DNA of 64,000 nucleotides, taken from NCBI GenBank assembly GCA_021734805.1, contig JAIPIG010000003.1, positions 10,781-74,780 of the forward strand, in the 5' to 3' direction. Each line of letters begins with the position of its first letter. Within the stretch, counting starts at the first letter, position 1. This DNA is from Simkaniaceae bacterium. Lineage in GTDB: Bacteria; Chlamydiota; Chlamydiia; Chlamydiales; JACRBE01. A program made the translations under genes and the position numbers. A model generated the notes under the pieces. That model was not told where the DNA came from, made no database searches, and saw only the letters and a program-made list of their open reading frames with translations. This document shows positions 27,395-36,422 of the stretch, in pieces.

Positions 27395-28460
27395 GCTTTA
27401 ATGAGGGTAAAATTTCTACATAACGAATATCTTCTAAATTGATCAACGTCGACTTAGCTTCTAAATGAATGGCAATATCAGCTTCCCTCACTTTCTCGAC
27501 TTCAGTGACAATAGCAACATGAAATCCTTCAGGGAAAATACCATCCATTCCCGTTGTGACAAGTAAATCCCCCTTATCTACGATATCGCTAACTTTTTGA
27601 TGCCGATCGGCAAGCCCTAAATCTGCGTTAAATCCTACACCCTTTAATGTCATTTTTTTCCGTCTGAAGAGCGAAAAACTCGAACCAAAAATCTCGCCCT
27701 TTGCTAATTTGCAATCCCCTACATTTTGTTTTAAATGCGCAGATAATTTTTTCATGGAATCTAATAGGATCTCCTTCTCTTCATCCCTGATCGATAAATC
27801 ACTACGATTAGCAAGGAGCTCATATGCCCTTTCAATGTGTTGAAGCAGATTCAAGTTTTGCTCGCTTCCACGCAGAACTTGGACCGATATCGGCAGCCTT
27901 GAATCAGTGACTAGTTGCACTCGACTTTTATACTTTCCTATATAGTCGACAACGCCAACGACATTTTCACCAAGGACAACAGGGCTATTCGTTGATAAAA
28001 CACCTTCCCCATTTTCACTCCCGCGGTTGATCCAACAATAACTCCCCCAAGTCCCCGGCTCGCGATAGACAACTTTAGCTCTTATGAAGCGCATTTGACT
28101 ATTGATTCGAGACCCCAAATCTCTAGCCTGCTGCCTTAATGCTTGTGCCGACTTGTAATCCGATGAGTCTTGTTGACTAATTTCAAAAAACCTTTCGATC
28201 TGATGGGATAAGAGACGATCAGATAACTGTTCTTCATTTAATTGACTCATCATCTCAGTTAAAAGATGCTTTTCAACCGATAATTCATCAATTCTCGCTA
28301 ATAACTGAGCTTTTTCACGATCCACTTCGGGCTTGATTGATGAGATAACAGCACCTATTTCCCCTCCAACAGCATGAATTCGATCATGAGCCGCCCGACC
28401 TAGGCTAAATAAAATCAAAAGGAATGCGGCTATCATTAGATAAGTTTTTACATATCGCAT
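27363..28460 (-). CDS. mreC: Rod-shape/cell-division protein MreC
   Basis: N-terminal TM, a coiled coil, then beta domains with VVLGENVVGVVDYIGKYKSRVQLVTDSRLPISVQV and GDLLVTTGMDGIFPEGFHVAIV (MreC pattern ...TSG.GG.FP.G..VG.V). Confidence 0.85.
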   Translation of the reverse strand: MRYVKTYLMIAAFLLILFSLGRAAHDRIHAVGGEIGAVISSIKPEVDREKAQLLARIDELSVEKHLLTEMMSQLNEEQLSDRLLSHQIERFFEISQQDSSDYKSAQALRQQARDLGSRINSQMRFIRAKVVYREPGTWGSYCWINRGSENGEGVLSTNSPVVLGENVVGVVDYIGKYKSRVQLVTDSRLPISVQVLRGSEQNLNLLQHIERAYELLANRSDLSIRDEEKEILLDSMKKLSAHLKQNVGDCKLAKGEIFGSSFSLFRRKKMTLKGVGFNADLGLADRHQKVSDIVDKGDLLVTTGMDGIFPEGFHVAIVTEVEKVREADIAIHLEAKSTLINLEDIRYVEILPSLKLERDFCIDSM

Positions 28461-29665
28461 TTGAAGTTCTTTTTTTCTATAACTTGCTTAACGGCATCGA
28501 TAACAATAGAAAGATTAGAAGCATTGAGACCCGAGACATTGATTCTTCCCTTTCCCGTCATGTAAATCCCATATTCTTCTCTCAATTGTTTAACGAGGTT
28601 CGGCTCCAATCCGATAAAGGAGAACATTCCATGTGCCAAAGACAATGATTCCCAATTTCGTTCCGGAATGGCCTGTTTGAGAGCATGAGCTAACTCTCGA
28701 CGCATTTTTTGAATTCTCTCTCTAGCATGACTCAATTCCACTATCCACTCCGCCTTTAGAGTTGAATCCGATAAAATGGTCTTAATAACCTCAGCACCAA
28801 AACGGGGGGGATTGGAATAAGTCCCACGAATAATCGACTTGATATTAGATTCAACACGAGAATAGGAAGAGGGATCGGAGAGTACGATAAATAATGATGA
28901 AATACGCTCACAATAGAGTGAAAAATTCTTGGAAAATGATAGCGTCGATAAAAAAGAGTTCCCTTCCTGAATAAAATATTGGATTGGAAGAACATCTTCT
29001 TCTAAACTCACTTTAAATCCCTGATATGCCGTATCAAATAACGCAATGGCCCCTCTTTTTTTCATCTCTTCACTGATCCATTTCCAATCCTCTATCAATG
29101 GATCATGGCCCGAAGGATTATGGCAACTTGTCTGTAATAGGACGACATCCCCTTCCTTAAGCAGAGAAAAAGTGCTTTTTAGTTCATCTATTAACAACTT
29201 GCCTTTTTCGATACTGAAATAAGGATAGGTTTTTAGCTCAAATCCAAGATATTTAAAGATTTTAAGATGGTTTTCCCATGTAGGATCCGGAACATACATT
29301 GTACGGCATCCCATTGTCTGCAAAAACTTACCCGCAATATGAAGAGCACCTGTTCCACCAATGCCCTGCGCTGCAATGATTCTATCGCGATATGTCTCAA
29401 AATGCGCCCCAAATAATAACTGTGATGTCAGTTTGAGATAAGTAGCATCTCCTAAAAAGGGCAAATAATTTGGACTTTCATTTTTTTGCGCAATGATTGA
29501 AATTGCTTTGCGGATGACATCCATGCTTTTACATTTAAGATGCTCATCTCGATAAACACCCACCATTAAATCCACTTTATTAGGCCTAATATCATCATTA
29601 AAGGTTTGAACAAGCCCAAAAATTGGATCGGGAGGAATTAATTCAGCCTTATCAAAAATATTCAT
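28448..29665 (-). CDS. aspC: Aspartate/aromatic amino acid aminotransferase (class I, AspC/TyrB type)
   Basis: The PLP-lysine motif SFSKNFSLYCERIS (S.SKNFGLY.ER.G), with GIGGTGALH, HNPSGHDP and YSNPPRFGAEV. The 3' end overlaps the mreC start by 13 nt. Confidence 0.9.
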   Translation of the reverse strand: MNIFDKAELIPPDPIFGLVQTFNDDIRPNKVDLMVGVYRDEHLKCKSMDVIRKAISIIAQKNESPNYLPFLGDATYLKLTSQLLFGAHFETYRDRIIAAQGIGGTGALHIAGKFLQTMGCRTMYVPDPTWENHLKIFKYLGFELKTYPYFSIEKGKLLIDELKSTFSLLKEGDVVLLQTSCHNPSGHDPLIEDWKWISEEMKKRGAIALFDTAYQGFKVSLEEDVLPIQYFIQEGNSFLSTLSFSKNFSLYCERISSLFIVLSDPSSYSRVESNIKSIIRGTYSNPPRFGAEVIKTILSDSTLKAEWIVELSHARERIQKMRRELAHALKQAIPERNWESLSLAHGMFSFIGLEPNLVKQLREEYGIYMTGKGRINVSGLNASNLSIVIDAVKQVIEKKNFKCDM

Positions 29666-29707
29666 ACCGATTCCATTTCATACTACTCATGACTCAAAAG
29701 CCGGTGT

Positions 29708-29815
29708 AAAAAAATCTTCTCCACGCATAGGGCGAGATTTTTGACTCTCAAGGACTATTGGATTCGTTTATGTATACCGAAATGAGTTGAATGCTTCAAC
29801 TCTTTTCGGTATACT
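29708..29815 (+). repeat. Family-1 repeat copy upstream of tRNA-Ala (hairpin module + AAGGA(C/A)TATTGG module + GTATACCG...CGGTATAC terminal pair)
   Basis: AAAAAATCTTCTCCACGCATAGGGCGAGATTTTT and CAAGGACTATTGGATTC align with 22066-22125. It ends with GTATACCGAAA-N20-TTTCGGTATAC. Confidence 0.7.
29787..29815 (+). promoter_or_regulatory. Sigma-70/66-type promoter candidate for tRNA-Ala: TTGAAT-17 nt-TATACT
   Basis: The hexamers and spacer were read directly. The -10 ends 23 nt before the mature 5' end at 29839. The -10 is formed by the repeat terminus CGGTATAC(T). Confidence 0.55.
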
Positions 29816-29838
29816 TTGTGCAGATCGATCCTTCTTTT

Positions 29839-29911
29839 GGGGCGTTAGCTCAGTTGGTAGAGCGCAACAATGGCATTGTTGAGGCCAGCGGTTCGAATCC
29901 GCTACGCTCCA
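29839..29911 (+). tRNA. tRNA-Ala (anticodon GGC)
   Basis: Hand-folded cloverleaf: acceptor GGGGCGT/ACGCTCC with the G3:U70 alanine identity pair, D arm GCTC-AGTTGGTA-GAGC, anticodon arm CAACA-ATGGCAT-TGTTG, T arm AGCGG-TTCGAAT-CCGCT. CCA is not encoded. Confidence 0.95.
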
Positions 29912-29924
29912 TGACCCCTTTATC

Positions 29925-29946
29925 TATACCGCTCGTGACTCAAGAG
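29925..29946 (+). repeat. Family-1 repeat, minimal/degenerate copy just downstream of tRNA-Ala (TATACCG-CTCGTGACT-CAAGAG)
   Basis: The module order is the same as in 2085-2117, but the right terminus is missing. Confidence 0.4.
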
Positions 29947-30105
29947 ATCTATTTTTTATCGCCGCGGCATTCCCGCTTGGTCGATTTACCCCATCTCTGC
30001 CCTATTACTAATAGCAGATCAACCCAAAAACTCTACCTCTTACGAGGCCATCATTAGACACAAGACATTGACAATGAGTGATTTCTGAAGAAAATATAAC
30101 TCGAA

Positions 30106-30140
30106 TAAAAAAAGGGCAACTTTTTCAAGCTGCCCTTTTT
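30106..30140. terminator. Bidirectional rho-independent terminator (A-tract, GC hairpin, T-tract) between tRNA-Ala and rpoD
   Basis: AAAAAAA-GGGCAAC-TTTTTCAA-GCTGCCC-TTTTT. The stem is 7 bp with one mismatch. Confidence 0.65.
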
Positions 30141-30335
30141 AGGGTAATAATCAGATAATCTGATTAAAGGTAGGTAATTTGATAGTATTATTGTAACATG
30201 AATAAAGATTTTTCTAAAATGTTTTTTAGAATTTTTTTGAACCACGCGGCCAATGAGATGATGGCCAACATTCCTCAACTATCCAAAAACCTCCTCTATC
30301 TACAGAAGTTTTTTAAGCCACTTAAAACAAGCAAC

Positions 30336-32009
30336 TTACATATCTTTGACCTTTTCAACAGCTTCTAAAAAGGCTTGAAGTTGTTTAGATCTTGTCGGAT
30401 GGCGCATTTTTCTCAGAGCTTTAGCCTCAATTTGCCTCACCCTCTCTCTTGTCACTTTAAAGCGAATCCCAACTTCCTCGAGCGTTTTCGGCTTTCCGTC
30501 TAGCAAGCCAAAGCGTTCAATGAGAACGGTCCTTTCACGATCTGTGAGAGTATCCAAAACTTCATTCATCTTATCTTTTAGAATGGTATAACCGGTTGCA
30601 TCAGCAGGAGATTCAACTCCCGTATCTTCCAGGAAGTCCCCAAATTGAGACTCACCACTATCGCCCACTTCAGCTTGAAGTGAAATAGGATGCTGAGCAA
30701 TTTTATAAATTTCCCGAACACGCTCGGGAGTCAAGCCCAATTCTTTAGCGAGCTCTTCCGGAGAGGGTTCTCTACCGGTTTCCATCATTAATTTTTTAGC
30801 GCCCCTCAAGACTTTGTTGATCGTCTCGATCATATGGACCGGAATTCGGATTGTTCGCGCTTGATCGGCAATCGCTCGCGTTACCGCTTGACGAATCCAC
30901 CAAGTCGCATAGGTTGAGAACTTATATCCACGGCGGTACTCAAATTTCTCAACGGCCTTCATCAACCCCATATTTCCCTCTTGAATCAAATCAAGGAAAG
31001 AAAGGCCTCGGTTAGTATATTTTTTCGCGATCGAAATCACGAGCCTAAGGTTAGATTCGACCATTTCGCGCTTTGCTTCTTGGCTCTTGTCCATCCACCT
31101 TTGAAGCATTCTGACATCTTTCTTAAATTCATCCAGCGTTCGCCCGGCCGCCAATTCTCTTTTGCGCAATTTGCGTTCAGCTGCAAGCAATTTAGCTTTT
31201 GCAAACCTATTTTTATCTGCTCTTGGAGTCAGTTCTTGAATTTGCTTCTCCAATTGAACAAAGCAATCGTAGGCTGTCAAAATAATTTCACCGAAGTCCT
31301 CAATGAGAGAGTATCGAAAATGCATCTGTCTCAAATATGACTGAGTGCGAATGCGATTTTTTTCTATCTCTTCATTGATTCTCAAAGTATCCATTTTAGT
31401 ACTGATATTTCGATGAAGCTCTCTGAGTAAATTTTCTAAAATAAGATCTTCTTGCAAAAGTAATTCAGCTAACCTAGGAAGCCTTTTAAAAAAGCTCTGC
31501 TTATCATGAATTTCTTTTTCCGCAACAATGCGGTCAAATCTCTCTTTACTGTGAATCAAATAGTTAATAATCGAAATCGTTTCTTTAGAAGAATAGCGGA
31601 AACGCATAATGATTTTTTCTATCTGCATTTGCGCTTTTTCAATGCGCTTTGAAATCTCAACTTCTTCTTCCCGTGTCAGCAGGGGAACTGATCCCATTTC
31701 CTTTAGATACATCCGGACAGGATCATCCGATGTCCCTTCGGATCGTCTTGGGAGTGCCTCAAGTTCTTTAATTTCTTTTTTGCGCTCTTTTTGTCTTTCG
31801 ACTTCCACTTGGTTCAGGATTTGGATATCCATGCCGCTGAGAAAAATCAGCACCTGATCAATTTGTTCAGCAGAATCAAATGACATCGGAAGGACATCAT
31901 TGATCTCTTCATAAGTAATAAATCCTTGATCTTTAGCAATTGAGACGAGTTCCTCAACTTTTTGTTGATATTGAGGATCGAATAAAGAATTGTCTTGAGA
32001 CTTTGTCAT
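30336..32009 (-). CDS. rpoD: Primary RNA polymerase sigma factor (sigma-70 family; sigma-66 of chlamydiae)
   Basis: Region 1.1 and 1.2, region 2 ([73 protein letters not shown]), then regions 3 and 4 ([30 protein letters not shown]). Confidence 0.97.
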   Translation of the reverse strand: MTKSQDNSLFDPQYQQKVEELVSIAKDQGFITYEEINDVLPMSFDSAEQIDQVLIFLSGMDIQILNQVEVERQKERKKEIKELEALPRRSEGTSDDPVRMYLKEMGSVPLLTREEEVEISKRIEKAQMQIEKIIMRFRYSSKETISIINYLIHSKERFDRIVAEKEIHDKQSFFKRLPRLAELLLQEDLILENLLRELHRNISTKMDTLRINEEIEKNRIRTQSYLRQMHFRYSLIEDFGEIILTAYDCFVQLEKQIQELTPRADKNRFAKAKLLAAERKLRKRELAAGRTLDEFKKDVRMLQRWMDKSQEAKREMVESNLRLVISIAKKYTNRGLSFLDLIQEGNMGLMKAVEKFEYRRGYKFSTYATWWIRQAVTRAIADQARTIRIPVHMIETINKVLRGAKKLMMETGREPSPEELAKELGLTPERVREIYKIAQHPISLQAEVGDSGESQFGDFLEDTGVESPADATGYTILKDKMNEVLDTLTDRERTVLIERFGLLDGKPKTLEEVGIRFKVTRERVRQIEAKALRKMRHPTRSKQLQAFLEAVEKVKDM

Positions 32010-32109
32010 ATCGTTATTTAAATAAAAGCTCTATACGTATAGCATTTAAAATTCTCACTCTTATCATTCTAAAAGTCAAGTCAAAAAATAAAAGTGGGTT
32101 GAATCTCAT

Positions 32110-32850
32110 ATGATTGACAAAGCTTTTTTCAAAGACCGGATTGTCCAAGCTAAAGAAGCTAGAAAAGAAGACCTATTTACATGTCCGGAATGCCTCTCAC
32201 CAATGAAAGTCAAAAAGGGACTCTATAAAAGAGCTCATTTTTATCATTTTCATCCATCCTCCTGCTTTCACGCATCTAAGTCAAAAGAGCATAAAGCCAT
32301 CCAAGAATACCTAAAGCGTCTGATTCGAGGCGCCCAGCTCGAATTTCCTCTCAAACAAATTCGAAGAATAGCTGATGTCATCTGGCCCGAAGTTAATATT
32401 ATTTTTGAGGTCCAATGCTCTGCGATTTCTTTGGATCACCTAATGCAACGGACTAAAGATTATGAATCGCTTAACTATCAGGTGATTTGGCTATTTCATC
32501 TTAACCAATTTAATTTTAAGAAAATTAATCCGCATGTCCGCCCCTTTTCAAATTTAACTTATTATTTTACTGATATGAACCGATTTCAAAAAGGCTATTT
32601 TTATGATCTCATTCCTGATTTAAATCACTATCGTCAAGGACCGCGAATTGATTTGACCATGCCTAAAGAAGCCTCTTTTACCTATAAATCCCTTCCAAAA
32701 CCATTAAGAGATCGAATAGCACGTAAATATTATTTTAAAAATGATTTAATAGACCTTCATCAAAATGGAAGTTTTCGATATACGCCCCCTTCCCTTAAAG
32801 AGAACATCCAACCCTATTTTGAAACCTTCTTAACATGGTTATCCAAATAA
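32110..32850 (+). CDS. CoiA-like competence-family nuclease
   Basis: FTCPECLSPMKVKKGLYKRAHFYHF...SKEHKAIQEYL...EFPL...RIADVIWPEVNIIFEVQCSAIS...RTKDYESLNYQVIWLFH follows the CoiA pattern: Zn-ribbon C..C, hFaH, eH..K, then PD-(D/E)xK-like D...E.Q.S, then R...Y...g..v.Wl. Confidence 0.7.
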   Translation: MIDKAFFKDRIVQAKEARKEDLFTCPECLSPMKVKKGLYKRAHFYHFHPSSCFHASKSKEHKAIQEYLKRLIRGAQLEFPLKQIRRIADVIWPEVNIIFEVQCSAISLDHLMQRTKDYESLNYQVIWLFHLNQFNFKKINPHVRPFSNLTYYFTDMNRFQKGYFYDLIPDLNHYRQGPRIDLTMPKEASFTYKSLPKPLRDRIARKYYFKNDLIDLHQNGSFRYTPPSLKENIQPYFETFLTWLSK

Positions 32851-32854
32851 AAAA

Positions 32855-33367
32855 CTAGGCCATATCCGTCTTGAACATCGAGTGGACATACATCCTAAAC
32901 CAAACAAAATAAATAACTAATCCCATAGAGAGAAGCGCCTGAACGAGTAATTTAATTGAAAATTCCCTTTGAATGACCGAAACGTGGGGACGGGATTTGA
33001 CAACCCAAACGGGCCATTCTTCAACCTTGTATTTATCAAGAACATACTGAGCGCTATGGGCATTATTAAAAACCGGTGTGGCAAAGCTTTGCTCTCCTAC
33101 AAAAATATGCCCATTATAGTGATAGCGGTATTGAGCCTTCAAAATATACTTTCCGGCAGATGCCTCCTTGATGTTCCACGTTAAAATTTTTCCTTCTACC
33201 CTTGTTGACAACCGGGAGAATTGATAGAGATTATAAGCAGACTTGCCTACAGCCCAAACCATCCCCATCGAAGAGGCAATCATAAGCAATAGCCAAACAA
33301 AATGGAATGCCCCATCCCTTTTATCTCTAATTTTTTTGAAAACCCCCTGAAACAAATGTAAGCCCAT
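32855..33367 (-). CDS. Two-TM membrane protein with central beta-rich domain (DUF3592-like architecture)
   Basis: The ATG at 33367 was chosen because the track's 56-codon upstream extension crosses a palindromic repeat. There is an N-terminal TM (FHFVWLLLMIASSMGMVWAV), a beta-rich core and a C-terminal TM (LLVQALLSMGLVIYFVWF). Confidence 0.55.
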   Translation of the reverse strand: MGLHLFQGVFKKIRDKRDGAFHFVWLLLMIASSMGMVWAVGKSAYNLYQFSRLSTRVEGKILTWNIKEASAGKYILKAQYRYHYNGHIFVGEQSFATPVFNNAHSAQYVLDKYKVEEWPVWVVKSRPHVSVIQREFSIKLLVQALLSMGLVIYFVWFRMYVHSMFKTDMA

Positions 33368-33435
33368 TTTTACACCCTTTTTACTCTTGCTATTAACTCT
33401 TACTTTACGAAATTTATCTAATAGTGGTATAGTAA

Positions 33436-33574
33436 TAACCTGAGTTGTGATTTTTTCCTCCAGAAAAGTCACTGCAAGTTTGTAACTGAACAAGTTGTTG
33501 TTATAAGAGAAAAGACGATGCGTTTGGCAGATCATTTCTCGATGATCAGGAGGAAAAGATCACAACTCAGGTTA
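33436..33574. repeat. Family-2 MITE-like element: 139 bp with 26-bp terminal inverted repeats (25/26)
   Basis: TAACCTGAGTTGTGATTTTTTCCTCC (33436-33461) matches the reverse complement of 33549-33574 (TAACCTGAGTTGTGATCTTTTCCTCC). The TA dinucleotide at both extreme ends is compatible with a TA target duplication. Confidence 0.75.
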
Positions 33575-33614
33575 ATAGTCAGTCATTATAAGACGAGAAC
33601 TTTATAGAGGAAAA

Positions 33615-33899
33615 ATGGCCAACGAAAAAAATGGTAAAAAACAAAAAAGACCTACAGCTTTAAAACGAAAAATTCAAAGCGATAAAAAAAATCTACTCAA
33701 TAAGTCTTTTAAATCGCGTATTAAAACGTCTCTAAAAGCCCTCAAAGCTTATGTCCAATCCGGTGATAAGGAAAAACTTCCACAAGAACTCAATCGGATC
33801 AACAGCTTGATTGACAAAGGCGTTAAAAATAATATTGTTAAGAAAAATAAAGCAAACCGAGTTAAATCATCAGCAGCTAAGCTCATCAAAACTGTCTAG
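33615..33899 (+). CDS. rpsT: 30S ribosomal protein S20
   Basis: 94 aa and highly basic. ...RPTALKRKIQSDKKNLLNKSFKSRIKTSLKAL...IDKGVKNNIVKKNKANRVKS fits the S20 pattern (A.KR..q..krr..N...rS..rT..Kk...). Confidence 0.9.
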   Translation: MANEKNGKKQKRPTALKRKIQSDKKNLLNKSFKSRIKTSLKALKAYVQSGDKEKLPQELNRINSLIDKGVKNNIVKKNKANRVKSSAAKLIKTV

Positions 33900-33923
33900 C
33901 TTATTTGTTGTGCTCAGTTTATC

Positions 33924-33975
33924 AATCCCACTTAGCTTTCCACTATAGAAATGCTTTTAAGTGGGATTTTTTTTG
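33924..33975 (+). terminator. Probable rho-independent terminator after rpsT
   Basis: AATCCCACTTA-23 nt-TAAGTGGGATT followed by TTTTTT. The loop is unusually large. Confidence 0.55.
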
Positions 33976-33994
33976 ATTCTCTATCGCAGTTCAT

Positions 33995-34699
33995 ATGCAA
34001 CAATCAAAAGGTATTCTCTGTTATTCAAATCAAACCATTGAATGGATGATTCCTTGGTGGATTGACAACATCCAAAAAACAAATGTTTTTCCCATCGCCA
34101 TTATAGATAACGGCCTCAGCCCTAAAATGCGATCTTGGTGTGAACAACGAGCCCAATTAATCCCCTTTAATCCTCCTGCATTTTCGATTGCCGGGCAATC
34201 GGAAATCACTCAGGAACGTATTGCTTTATGGGAAAGGCAATATAATGGTGATCTTTGGACTGCAAGACAGAGTTGGTTCTTGAAACCTTTTGTCTTGCAA
34301 TTGACCCCATTTCAAAAATCTCTCTATCTAGACCTTGATTGTGAAGTCAAAATGCCATTAAATTCTTTATTTAATATGGATACACCATTTGCAGTTGCAT
34401 TGGAGACAACAAGAACTGACCTTTTCAATTCCGGCGTGATTCTTTATGAGAAAAATTCTCCTATTCTACACGCATGGAAGGAAGAAGTGCAAACTAAAAA
34501 CCACCTCCATATGGGAGATCAAGACATCTTATCAGCCCTCATCGAAACCCAACAGTTTAAATGGGATTTACTCGATAAGACATATAATATGCGGCCCGCT
34601 TTTACTGCTGATTTGGATCATGCAGCGATTGTTCATCGAGTTGGTTTAGTTGGTAAAAGAGATATCATGGCTCAGATGATAGAGCGGATCACCCACTAA
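33995..34699 (+). CDS. GT-A fold glycosyltransferase (GT8-like)
   Basis: The DxD sits in SLYLDLDCEV, followed by NSGVILY and GDQDILS, the usual GT8/glycogenin-like motif order. Confidence 0.6.
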   Translation: MQQSKGILCYSNQTIEWMIPWWIDNIQKTNVFPIAIIDNGLSPKMRSWCEQRAQLIPFNPPAFSIAGQSEITQERIALWERQYNGDLWTARQSWFLKPFVLQLTPFQKSLYLDLDCEVKMPLNSLFNMDTPFAVALETTRTDLFNSGVILYEKNSPILHAWKEEVQTKNHLHMGDQDILSALIETQQFKWDLLDKTYNMRPAFTADLDHAAIVHRVGLVGKRDIMAQMIERITH

Positions 34700-34775
34700 A
34701 AACTCATCTCCATGAATAGGGAAATTTTGTGGACGGTTTTCGCCCGGGCCGCGTGGAGAGCTTTCTCCCTTCAAT
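34698..34775 (+). repeat. Family-1 repeat, short variant filling the convergent gap between the GT8-like gene and recD
   Basis: CATCTCCATGAATAGGGAAATTTT (hairpin core) followed by CGCCCGGGCCGCGTGGAGAGCTTTCTCCC aligns with 22073-22160 of the long copy, with the middle module deleted. Confidence 0.6.
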
Positions 34776-36422
34776 CTAATGAGAAAATCTGAGACCCGAT
34801 TGCCTTAATGAGGAGCGTTGAATGGCTCCCTCGAGTGTTCTTTGACTCGCATAAATTTGAATGGAGCGCCTAGACCGAGTAATTCCGGTATAAATAGATT
34901 CTCTTCCAATTCCCTCCATTTCATCATCTAAAAGCATGATGATATCTTGGTATTCGCTTCCCTGACTTTTATGAATTGATATCGCAAAAGCCAAATCATG
35001 AGCTGGCAATAACATTTTTGGAATCGATCTAAAACCACTTATTTCAGAAAAATAAAAGAGCTCTTGATCTCCATCTTTAACCCAAATCCCCTGGGTTCCG
35101 TTCATTAACCTTAGCTTCGGATAGTTTTTTGTCAAAATAATGGGAATCGCTAAAGATGTATCATCCAAAACCTCTTTTAATAAATATTGCATAATCATTC
35201 GATTGATGTGAGTCGATCCATATAATCCTCGATTATGGGAACACAAGATTTTCTTCTCCATAAAAGCAGATTCAATCTCTGAAAACCGGGCATTTGCGGG
35301 ATTAGGAAAGAATAAATTTTCCGCATAACTCTTTAGAAGCTCACCATGAACGTCATGAAGAGAATGAAATGAAAATGTTTGATTATTTTCCCCTTGGATC
35401 TTCTTCAATAACTGACTTGCACGCGGCTCGAAAAATAAATGTGCCAATCTCAATAAATCCTGAGATTTAGTTCTTAAACACTCAGTTAGAATGACCTTTT
35501 TTATGGGCGAATATAAACAGAGATCATTAAAAATTGTACCCGATTCAACAGGGGGAAGTTGATTGGGATCTCCCAGCAAAATCAATTGGGATGAAGGATG
35601 GATTGAAGCTAACAATTGAGAAAATAGCTTTACATCTATCATTGAACATTCATCTACCAGAATAATATTAGCATCAATAAATGCGCTGTCTTTTTGCTTA
35701 TAGCATTGCGGATTGAATTTTAAAAGAGAGTGTAATGTCCCAAAATGAATATCTAAATCACCATCCCCTTGAATTGATTTTTCAATATTCTGAACGGCCT
35801 TTCCCGTAGGAGCACAGACTTCAATTTTTATTGGCACTTTCGATAATTGCTGAAAACATTCAATGATCTTTTTTGCTACATATGTTTTACCACATCCCGG
35901 ACCTCCCGCAATAATCAAAATAGATTCTTCAAATGAAGCCTTAACCGCTTGCCTTTGAAGTTCATTTAATCCCGCTATCCGATCGATATGTATTTCATAC
36001 TCATGACTGCATCGGTTCACCTTGTTCTTATTTAACCGATTCACATGAAACTCTATCTCTCGTTCATACATCCAATTGCGATGAAAATAAATAAATTCCC
36101 TATCTAAAATCATAGGTTTAGCATCACCGGCAATTGCATCTGCCTCACTCATAATTGAGGGCGGAAGATAATTCACGACTTCAGCTAACCGCGCCTCCAG
36201 ATCCCATTTCATGGAATCGTCTAATTCCAATGCAGATAGATCAACCTTTGGTTTTACTTTCATACATACATGCCCATTGCGTGACATTGCCATCAAAATT
36301 GCAATAAAAACTTTTTGCTCTTGGCTCAACTCCCCGGCAAACTGTTCCAAGTTTTCTGCAAAATAAAGATCAATCAATTCAATAATTTTCCGATCAAGAA
36401 GTAGCCGAGTCATCTCCTCCAT
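34776..36422 (-). CDS. recD: Exodeoxyribonuclease V alpha subunit RecD
   Basis: SF1 helicase motifs IAGGPGCGKTY, ILVDECSMID, LLGDPNQLPPV and SIHKSQGSEY. The start overlaps the recB stop (TAATG). Confidence 0.9.
   Translation of the reverse strand: MEEMTRLLLDRKIIELIDLYFAENLEQFAGELSQEQKVFIAILMAMSRNGHVCMKVKPKVDLSALELDDSMKWDLEARLAEVVNYLPPSIMSEADAIAGDAKPMILDREFIYFHRNWMYEREIEFHVNRLNKNKVNRCSHEYEIHIDRIAGLNELQRQAVKASFEESILIIAGGPGCGKTYVAKKIIECFQQLSKVPIKIEVCAPTGKAVQNIEKSIQGDGDLDIHFGTLHSLLKFNPQCYKQKDSAFIDANIILVDECSMIDVKLFSQLLASIHPSSQLILLGDPNQLPPVESGTIFNDLCLYSPIKKVILTECLRTKSQDLLRLAHLFFEPRASQLLKKIQGENNQTFSFHSLHDVHGELLKSYAENLFFPNPANARFSEIESAFMEKKILCSHNRGLYGSTHINRMIMQYLLKEVLDDTSLAIPIILTKNYPKLRLMNGTQGIWVKDGDQELFYFSEISGFRSIPKMLLPAHDLAFAISIHKSQGSEYQDIIMLLDDEMEGIGRESIYTGITRSRRSIQIYASQRTLEGAIQRSSLRQSGLRFSH

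Noticed and set aside
29791-30278. ORFs 29791-30057 (+) and 30054-30278 (-)
   Set aside because: The first reads straight through tRNA-Ala. The second covers a terminator and several small hairpins. Neither has coding-like composition or an RBS.
32031-32042. 12-bp palindrome CTATACGTATAG in the rpoD/coiA-like divergent spacer
   Set aside because: It is short and single-copy. It shares the TATAC core with family-1 termini, but that is too little to call it a repeat member or an operator.
33368-33535. Upstream extension of the DUF3592-like ORF to 33535
   Set aside because: The extension translates the family-2 MITE-like element. The internal ATG at 33367 gives a normal N-terminal TM protein.
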